Assembly: GCA_048885535.1 (NCBI GenBank)
Contig: JBHLLO010000029.1
Span: 20,420-35,823, forward strand
Direction: 5' to 3'
Length of the DNA stretch: 15,404 bases
Source: Candidatus Hermodarchaeota archaeon
Lineage (GTDB): Archaea; Asgardarchaeota; Lokiarchaeia; Sigyniarchaeales; SOKP01
Both the position numbers and the translations under genes were made by a program. Shown here one piece after another: positions 8,958 to 15,404 of the stretch. Every line of letters begins with the position of its first letter. Position 1 is the first letter of the stretch. The notes below the pieces were generated by a model that saw only the letters and a list, made by a program, of their open reading frames with translations, was not told where the DNA came from and did not search any database.

Positions 8958-9264
8958 AATAAAATTATTTTCTTTCGATTAATGATCTAAATATTTTCTA
9001 AAATATAAAATAAGATATAAGTTAATTAGTAAATTACTATTTCTAGAATTCCTTCTGCTGCAATGAATTATGGATTTAAAAATAAATGTAATACATTATA
9101 CAAACTTTCATTTTTTTTCTACATCCGCATTAATTGAACCAGACGCCCAATTTTCCATACACGTGGTCATATTTAAATCTGCTTATCTCTCAAAAATAAT
9201 GACATTTTTAAGCTAAAAGTCAAAAAGGAAATATTTTTTTAACTGATTATTATTCATTCTTATA

Positions 9265-9888
9265 TCATTTACGGAGGATTTCCTTATACAAAGTCTCGAT
9301 AAATTTTTTAAAATTTTCTTTTGTGAATTCCACAAGTATTTTTGGCATTAGTAATGTTGGAACATATTCCTGGTTTTCATAAATTGGGATGATTTTCACT
9401 TTCTTCGTCTTTCCTAACTGATAAGCAGCTTTCCATTCACCTTTTACTGATTTTGATTTAGTAGCATTCCTAGTACAGAATAGGATAAAGACCTGGCTTA
9501 TTTTCAAAGTTCGCTCCATATAATCAACAACATCTTCACCACTATCGGCTTCCCAATAAAAAACTCTATCGATTTCTGGGTATAATTCTAGATTTTTCGC
9601 AATTTCAGATATTGTAAAATAATTCGAATCCTTCGTTGAGTAACTTAAAAAAATATTAAAACTTTTCGAAAAGCAATTTGTAATACTGTAAATATAGAGA
9701 GCGGATTCACGAATTTCTTCGAGCGTTGCAATATTTTGATCTAACTTAGTTTTGAATGTTCTTAATTTTTCAATATTTTCATTAAAACTTTCCTTATCAG
9801 AGAAAATTTTTGAAAAAATATTTTCCCAATTATATTTCTCTGTGACTATTGGAAGATAGTACTCAATATCTAATTTTATTTTAGTCAT
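9265..9888 (-). CDS. TIR-domain protein with an N-terminal helical segment (probable second half of a Swt1/HEPN-like domain); possibly the C-terminus of the upstream membrane protein
   Basis: TIR box 1 FNIFLSYSTKDS, YMERTLKISQVFILFCT, SKSVKGEWKAA (Glu at the usual catalytic position), KIIPIY, VPTLL; TIR spans about 9265-9660; ATGA overlap with the upstream ORF. Confidence 0.88.
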   Translation of the reverse strand: MTKIKLDIEYYLPIVTEKYNWENIFSKIFSDKESFNENIEKLRTFKTKLDQNIATLEEIRESALYIYSITNCFSKSFNIFLSYSTKDSNYFTISEIAKNLELYPEIDRVFYWEADSGEDVVDYMERTLKISQVFILFCTRNATKSKSVKGEWKAAYQLGKTKKVKIIPIYENQEYVPTLLMPKILVEFTKENFKKFIETLYKEILRK

Positions 9889-12800
9889 ATATTTTCTGGT
9901 AGTTTTTTGATTTTTTCTATTTGAGTTTTAATATTATCTGGTATACCTTTTTTAAACCATTCCTCATTATAATACTCTTTTAATTTTGTTATAATAAAGT
10001 TACTCATCTTGTCCTCAAATTTGGTTAGCTCATTCTTAGCTATAGATTTCTCTTTTTTAAATTGTCTGGATTTTCTAATTTTCTGTTTAGTTATTAAGAT
10101 AACAGTTGAAATTATGGCAATTCCAAGGAAGGAAGTAATTATTAAGATTAACCATTCTCCTGGTATCCCATCTTGTGGAGATCTTATTTTATAAATAAAA
10201 ACATCCTCCCATCCAAGATTACCTAATGTATCGTTTGCATAAAATCTGATCCATACTGCACCTGGAGAAATCTCTTCCCACAGTTCTTGATCTATTATTC
10301 CTACCAAACTTGAAATTGAGATATTAGTATTACCTTCATCTAAAGTATACCAAATCTTATCTAAATTTCCCTCAATCATAGAGAGCTCATATACGGGAGC
10401 TAAATAAAACTCATCATCGCGAGTTGGATCATGGATCGTAATTATTGGTCCTAAAATATCTTTTCTAACTTTTATTTCCTTTATCCCAATATTTCCATCT
10501 GTGTCATTAGCATAAAATTTTATTGTTACAGTTCCATTTCCTACAGTATCCCATAAAGTTTGATATATTGAACCATTATTAGTAAATGTGGTATTAGTAA
10601 TTCCACCATCAAGAGAATACCACATAGCATCTAGAAACAAATCTTCAATCTTTACTATAAAATTAGGGGCAAGTTTTCCAAATAAATTGTTATTTGGATT
10701 TGGAGATATAATTGTAATTATTGGTCCTAAAAGATCAGTTATTGTGACTGTAACAGTATCAGGAATCCCAAATTGATTACGATCATCAAAATATTCTATA
10801 GTATAGCTATAAATACCCTTATTTGTAATATTAACTGGTACGGTAATAAGAGAGTTGTTATACCATGTAGTCCAATTTTTCCATATGTAGAAATTTCCTA
10901 CTGTGTTGTTTGCCAATATTCGATATTTTCCTGCACCAAAATCATCTATTAGTGTCCAATTAATAGTTTTTGGTTTATTAATGTCTATTAATATAGATAT
11001 TGGGTGAGTACACCTTGGTAATCTGTCTACTATTGTAACTATAACAATATTAGGAATGCCATATTGAATGTGATAGTCATAATATTCAATTGTATATTCA
11101 TATGTTCCTGGAGCACTACGATTAATAGGTACGTTAATTAATGTGTTACTTTCCCATGGAGTCCAATTTATACAAGTATAGAAATTTCCAACTGTATTAT
11201 TTGCCAATACACGGTACATTCCCCCACCTAGATCATCATAGAGCGTCCAATTAATAGTTTCAGAACCATTCCTAAATGTTATTATAGAATTTGGATGATT
11301 TGAAGTTGGAACGCTACTTCTTATACGCTGTGCGTAAACATCAGCATGAGATCCGCTCCTTAAATCAGACCACGTGATAATGGCCCCCCCTACTCCGTCA
11401 TTGATCATTTTAGGAGCATTTTGGTCATTATTTGCTAAAGATATGAACGTGCCATTAGCTGTCCACTTAACCATCCCATTAGAATCAATTCGTTGCGCGT
11501 AAATATCGCAGTTAGAACCGCTTCTAAAATCCTCCCAAACAATAATTGCACCACCTACTCCGTGCTTAGTTATTTGAGGGGAAATTTGGTCATTGATTGA
11601 TGTGGATATAGCCGTACCGTTAGGCATCCATTGTGCGTTTCCATTAGAATCGATTCGTTGTGTGTAAATATCGGAATCAAAATCGCTTCTATAATCCCCC
11701 CACGCTATTATTGCGCCTCCTAATCCATCGCTAGTTATTTGAGGTTCTCCTTGGCTTTCGCTTGCGGTGGATATAGCTATACCGTTAGCCATCCATAGGG
11801 TAACCCCGTTGGAATCAATGCGTTGTGCATAAATATCAGAATTCCCTGTCCCATTTCTAGCATCCTCCCATGCAATAATTGCTCCTCCCAATCCGTCGGG
11901 GGCTATCTGAAATCTAAATTGGTGGTTAATGGCAGTACATAAAGCCGTTCCATTAGCAGCCCATTGCGTGATCCCATTAGAATCAATCCGCTGTACATAA
12001 ATATCATAGTCAGTTCCGCTTCTATAATCCCCCCACGCTATTATTGCGCCTCCTGCTCCGTCACTAGTTAATTGAAGATATCTTTGGTTTTCGTTTGCAG
12101 TGGATACAGCCGTACCGTTAGCCATCCACAGGGAAGCCCCATCGGAATCGATACGTTGTGCATAAATATCAGAATTCCCTACCCCATTTCTAGTATCCTC
12201 CCATGCAATAATCGCACCCCCTAATCCGTCGCTGATAATTTGAAGATATCTCTGATCGTTAATTGCTGTAGAAATGATCGTGCCATTAGCTGTCCACTTC
12301 ACCATCCCATTAGAATCGATTCGTTGCGCGTAAATATCCCAGTTAGAACCGCTTCTAAAATCCTCCCAAACAATAACCGCACCCCCTATTCCATCACTGG
12401 CTATTTGGGGAGTCCATTGATGACCACTTGCCATGCTTATGACCGTTCCATTAGCAATCCATTGTGTTATCCCATTATGATTGATTCTTTGAGCATAAAT
12501 ATCCGAATTTGTTCCGCTTCTAAAATCCCACCATGTGATGATCCCACCCCCCGTTCCATCGCTAGTTATTTGAGAAGAATATTGGTCACTAATTGCCGTG
12601 CATATAACCTTGCCATTAGCCGTCCATTTTGGGATTCCATTAGAATCTATTAATGTAGAATAAATGTCTGAAAATAATCCACTCCTAAAATCTTCCCACG
12701 TAATAATAGCATCACCTTTTCCGTTGTTGGTTATTTGAACATCTACTTGTTCCCCACTTGCCGTGATTATAGCCGTACCATTACCAATATACTGCGGGTT

Positions 12801-14120
12801 TCCTTCGGAATCGATCCGTTGTGCGTAAATATCGTAACCTCCAATTGCATTATTTGACCAAACAATGATCGCTCCCCCTACTCCATCACTGGTTATTTTA
12901 GGAGACAATTGGGAACCACTTGCGGTTGATATAGCCATTCCATCAACAGTCCACTGCACATTTCCTTTGGAATCGATCCGTTGTGCGTAAATATCTTGAC
13001 CTGAAATACTGCTTCTATAATCCCACCATGTGATGATCCCACCCCCTGCTCCATCATTGATAATTTGAGGATTTTCTTGTGTACCGCTTGCTGCACATAC
13101 GGATGTGCCATTTGCTGTCCATTGCACGATCCCATTGGCATCGATCCTTTGAGCGTAAATGTCGTAACTCACTCCACTTCTAGAATCTTTCCATGCTATA
13201 ATAGCACCCCCTCCTCCATCACTGGTTATTCTAGGAGACAATTGGGAACCACTTGCAATGCTTATGACCGTCCCATTAGCAATCCACTGTGTTATCCCAT
13301 TATGATTGATTCTTTGAGCATAAATATGCAAATTTGTTCCGCTTCTATAATCCTGCCATGCAATGATAGCACCCCCTACTCCGTCGCAAGTCATTTGAGG
13401 AATCATCTGGTTATGGGTTTCAGTACTAATGATAGTACCGTTAGCCATCCACTGCGTAATCCCGTTGGAGTCGATCCGCTGTGCGTAAATATCATATCCT
13501 GAAGTTTCGATGCTTCTCGCATCCCACCATGCAATGATTGCACCCCCTGCTCCATCGCTGGTTAATTGAGGGTCTATTTGGTCTTCACTTGCAGTGCTTA
13601 TAGCAATCCCATTGGTAGTCCACTGCACGATCCCATTAGAAGCGATCCGCTGAGCGTAAATATCGTAGTCAGTTCCACTTCTATAATCATTCCACACAAT
13701 GATTGCCCCGCCTCTTCCATCGCTAATTATTTGGGGATCTCTTTGATCATTATTTACTGTACTTATTGCTGTACCATTATCTATCCACTGTGCGATCCCG
13801 TTAGAATCAATCCGCTGTACGTAAATATCATAGTCAGTTCCGCTTCTATAATCATGCCACACAATAATAACGCCTCCTTCCCCATCATTGGTTAATTGAG
13901 GGTCTCTTTGGTCATCTACTGCCTTGGTAACGACTGTTCCATTAGGCGCCCATGAAAGTGTAGAGGATAATGAAGGGATATCTTTTTTAGATTTTAATAA
14001 GTCTTCGGGAGCTTGGTTCTTTGAGAAAAAAAATTGATTTAAGTTTATATTGATTATAATGAAAGAATGTGAAATTACCAGTAATATAAAGATTAAATAT
14101 TTGAAATTTTTATTCTTAAA
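9885..14120 (-). CDS. Giant single-pass membrane/surface protein: signal-peptide-like N-terminus, 16 beta-propeller-type repeats, 4 Ig-like domains, TM helix, cytoplasmic tail
   Basis: The frame is open beyond the ORF-track GTG (13862) up to 14123, adding most of repeat 1 and KNKNFKYLIFILLVISHSFIII. Two pairs of ~90-95-aa beta-rich repeats (TINWTL.DD.G.G.YR.LANNTVGNFY; GPIITI..P...WY.LD.G...FYANDT.GN.G). GIPG-WLILIITSFLGIAIISTVILIT-KQKIRK TM at about 10089-10154. Start codon unresolved. Confidence 0.85.
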   Translation of the reverse strand, partial: FKNKNFKYLIFILLVISHSFIIININLNQFFFSKNQAPEDLLKSKKDIPSLSSTLSWAPNGTVVTKAVDDQRDPQLTNDGEGGVIIVWHDYRSGTDYDIYVQRIDSNGIAQWIDNGTAISTVNNDQRDPQIISDGRGGAIIVWNDYRSGTDYDIYAQRIASNGIVQWTTNGIAISTASEDQIDPQLTSDGAGGAIIAWWDARSIETSGYDIYAQRIDSNGITQWMANGTIISTETHNQMIPQMTCDGVGGAIIAWQDYRSGTNLHIYAQRINHNGITQWIANGTVISIASGSQLSPRITSDGGGGAIIAWKDSRSGVSYDIYAQRIDANGIVQWTANGTSVCAASGTQENPQIINDGAGGGIITWWDYRSSISGQDIYAQRIDSKGNVQWTVDGMAISTASGSQLSPKITSDGVGGAIIVWSNNAIGGYDIYAQRIDSEGNPQYIGNGTAIITASGEQVDVQITNNGKGDAIITWEDFRSGLFSDIYSTLIDSNGIPKWTANGKVICTAISDQYSSQITSDGTGGGIITWWDFRSGTNSDIYAQRINHNGITQWIANGTVISMASGHQWTPQIASDGIGGAVIVWEDFRSGSNWDIYAQRIDSNGMVKWTANGTIISTAINDQRYLQIISDGLGGAIIAWEDTRNGVGNSDIYAQRIDSDGASLWMANGTAVSTANENQRYLQLTSDGAGGAIIAWGDYRSGTDYDIYVQRIDSNGITQWAANGTALCTAINHQFRFQIAPDGLGGAIIAWEDARNGTGNSDIYAQRIDSNGVTLWMANGIAISTASESQGEPQITSDGLGGAIIAWGDYRSDFDSDIYTQRIDSNGNAQWMPNGTAISTSINDQISPQITKHGVGGAIIVWEDFRSGSNCDIYAQRIDSNGMVKWTANGTFISLANNDQNAPKMINDGVGGAIITWSDLRSGSHADVYAQRIRSSVPTSNHPNSIITFRNGSETINWTLYDDLGGGMYRVLANNTVGNFYTCINWTPWESNTLINVPINRSAPGTYEYTIEYYDYHIQYGIPNIVIVTIVDRLPRCTHPISILIDINKPKTINWTLIDDFGAGKYRILANNTVGNFYIWKNWTTWYNNSLITVPVNITNKGIYSYTIEYFDDRNQFGIPDTVTVTITDLLGPIITIISPNPNNNLFGKLAPNFIVKIEDLFLDAMWYSLDGGITNTTFTNNGSIYQTLWDTVGNGTVTIKFYANDTDGNIGIKEIKVRKDILGPIITIHDPTRDDEFYLAPVYELSMIEGNLDKIWYTLDEGNTNISISSLVGIIDQELWEEISPGAVWIRFYANDTLGNLGWEDVFIYKIRSPQDGIPGEWLILIITSFLGIAIISTVILITKQKIRKSRQFKKEKSIAKNELTKFEDKMSNFIITKLKEYYNEEWFKKGIPDNIKTQIEKIKKLPENI
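11313..13952 (-). repeat. Intragenic array of 16 ~165-nt (~55-aa) repeats
   Basis: Consensus W.ANGT.ISTA...Q..PQI.SDG.GGAII.W.D.RSG...DIYAQRIDSNG..Q, counted by hand 16 times including the upstream extension. Confidence 0.92.
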
Positions 14121-14344
14121 ATCTTACACCTATTTAGAGATTATTATGATTTATTAATGAATTTATAAACTGACAATTATGTAATAACATGTATGAAAAA
14201 TTCTGAAAGTTTTTATGCTTAATAGCTCTCTCTTACAGATTACATCAAAAATTTTTTGGATTAATTATGAAATTGATAAAAAAGTATTTAATATTTATGT
14301 AAAGACAATCCAAGGCTCTTAAACATTTATTCTTAAATAGTTAT

Positions 14345-14570
14345 AGGTATATCAAGATTAAAAGTGATTATACCTTGAATATTCGATGTTTGACTAACTC
14401 CACACTTTTAATATCTTCGGTAGTAATTTCAAAAGATCTTTTTTACTACTCAAGAGAATTTTACCTTGGTTTGTAGTTAACTTCCCTTCATCCCAATATT
14501 TGTGTGAAATTGCTGTTAATCCCTTTACTTTTCCTTTACCAAAATTAACCTCACGTTTTATAAAGATCAA
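14345..14570 (-). pseudogene. Probable decayed small gene of unknown function
   Basis: TTG-initiated 58-codon ORF at 14394-14570 (LIFIKREVNFGKGKVKGLTAISHKYWDEGKLTTNQGKILLSSKK...). A protein-like continuation RSFEITTEDIKSVELVKHRIFK appears in a shifted frame after an A-run. Confidence 0.35.
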
Positions 14571-14645
14571 ACATGTTATGAGAAATTATTTTCTGAATTT
14601 CCCTCATTTACACATAATACAAAATAATTATTATAAATTTACATT

Positions 14646-15404
14646 TCAATTTAAATAATTTTTAAGGTAGATAGCAGTATGAGATTCTTTATCAGTAATT
14701 ATTTGTTCTGGAATACCTTCAGTCACAATATTTCCGCCTTTCTCTCCTCCTTCAGGCCCAAGATCAATGATATAATCAGCTGATTTTATGATATCCATAT
14801 TGTGTTCAATAACTATAACTGTGTTACCTTTATCAACTAATTTTTGGAGCACATTTAGTAAAAATTGAATATCATACATGTGTAAGCCCACAGTTGGTTC
14901 ATCTAGTATGTAAAGAGTGTTTCCTGTGCTTGTCTTTCTTAACTCCCTAGCAATTTTGATTCGCTGGGATTCTCCACCACTTAACGTTGTAGATGATTGT
15001 CCTAGTTCTAAATATCCTAATCCAACATCGACTACAGTTTTTAAGGTTCTCTTTAATTTAGGAAAACTATCAAAAAATTCTAGAGCTTGAGTAAATGTCA
15101 TTTCTAACACATCAGAAATAGTTTTATCACGATATTTAATTTCTAAAGTTTCGTTATTATAACGTTTGTTTTTGCACAAATCGCACGTTATGAAGACATC
15201 AGGTAAAAAATACATCTCCTTAAGTATATATCCAGTACCCTTGCATTTACGGCAATGTCCTTTCTTTGTATTAAAACTAAATCTCCCTTTTTTATAGCCT
15301 CTTTCTCTAGCTTCTGGAAGTCCCGCAAAAATATCTCTGATATAATCTAATGCTTTAGTATATGTTGCAGGTACAGAACGAGGTGTTCTACCAATTGGAG
15401 ATTG
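14646..15404 (-). CDS. uvrA: Excinuclease ABC subunit A, 3' part (runs off the window edge)
   Basis: Frame open to the window end: [20 protein letters not shown], Zn finger C..C.G.G...[16 protein letters not shown] signature [10 protein letters not shown], Walker [21 protein letters not shown]. Confidence 0.97.
   Translation of the reverse strand, partial: QSPIGRTPRSVPATYTKALDYIRDIFAGLPEARERGYKKGRFSFNTKKGHCRKCKGTGYILKEMYFLPDVFITCDLCKNKRYNNETLEIKYRDKTISDVLEMTFTQALEFFDSFPKLKRTLKTVVDVGLGYLELGQSSTTLSGGESQRIKIARELRKTSTGNTLYILDEPTVGLHMYDIQFLLNVLQKLVDKGNTVIVIEHNMDIIKSADYIIDLGPEGGEKGGNIVTEGIPEQIITDKESHTAIYLKNYLN

Noticed and set aside
777-10776. Short antisense ORFs 777-962, 3971-4162, 8477-8791, 10009-10194, 10588-10776
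   Set aside because: They overlap well-supported genes on the opposite strand and have no recognisable features.
12240-13895. Plus-strand ORFs 12240-12653, 13065-13502, 13566-13895 and minus-strand alternative-frame ORF 12893-13141
   Set aside because: Shadow ORFs of the repetitive, GC-richer coding array; they mirror its periodicity and have no independent motifs.
11313-13952. Repeat array as CRISPR or DGR
   Set aside because: Units are ~165-nt degenerate, in-frame coding repeats without a constant repeat/unique spacer structure or A-specific variation.

Overview
AT-rich archaeal window, most consistent with an Asgard archaeon (Lokiarchaeota/Promethearchaeota-like). This assignment is inferred from gene content: two tandem tail-less Rab-like GTPases, an EF-2 with an aberrant diphthamide loop, a class I CCA-adding enzyme, aIF5B, a longin/uDENN-like protein and a Loki-CTERM-like IPG-TM motif. 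Left to right: two small GTPases (+), then on the minus strand EF-2/EF-2 paralog, two TIGR04076-like Cys proteins, CCA-adding enzyme (with a decayed copy of its 5' end just upstream), a PAS-like/longin-like protein, aIF5B, a TIR-domain ORF, a giant surface protein, a small decayed ORF and the 3' part of uvrA. The most notable element is 9265-14120. It has a signal-peptide-like N-terminus, 16 x ~55-aa beta-propeller-type repeats, 4 Ig-like domains and one TM helix. A Swt1/HEPN-like domain appears split across a -1 frame junction into the TIR ORF. Read as one gene, this is a Toll-like-receptor-style single-pass receptor (ectodomain-TM-TIR). No rRNA, tRNA, CRISPR array or transposase was seen.
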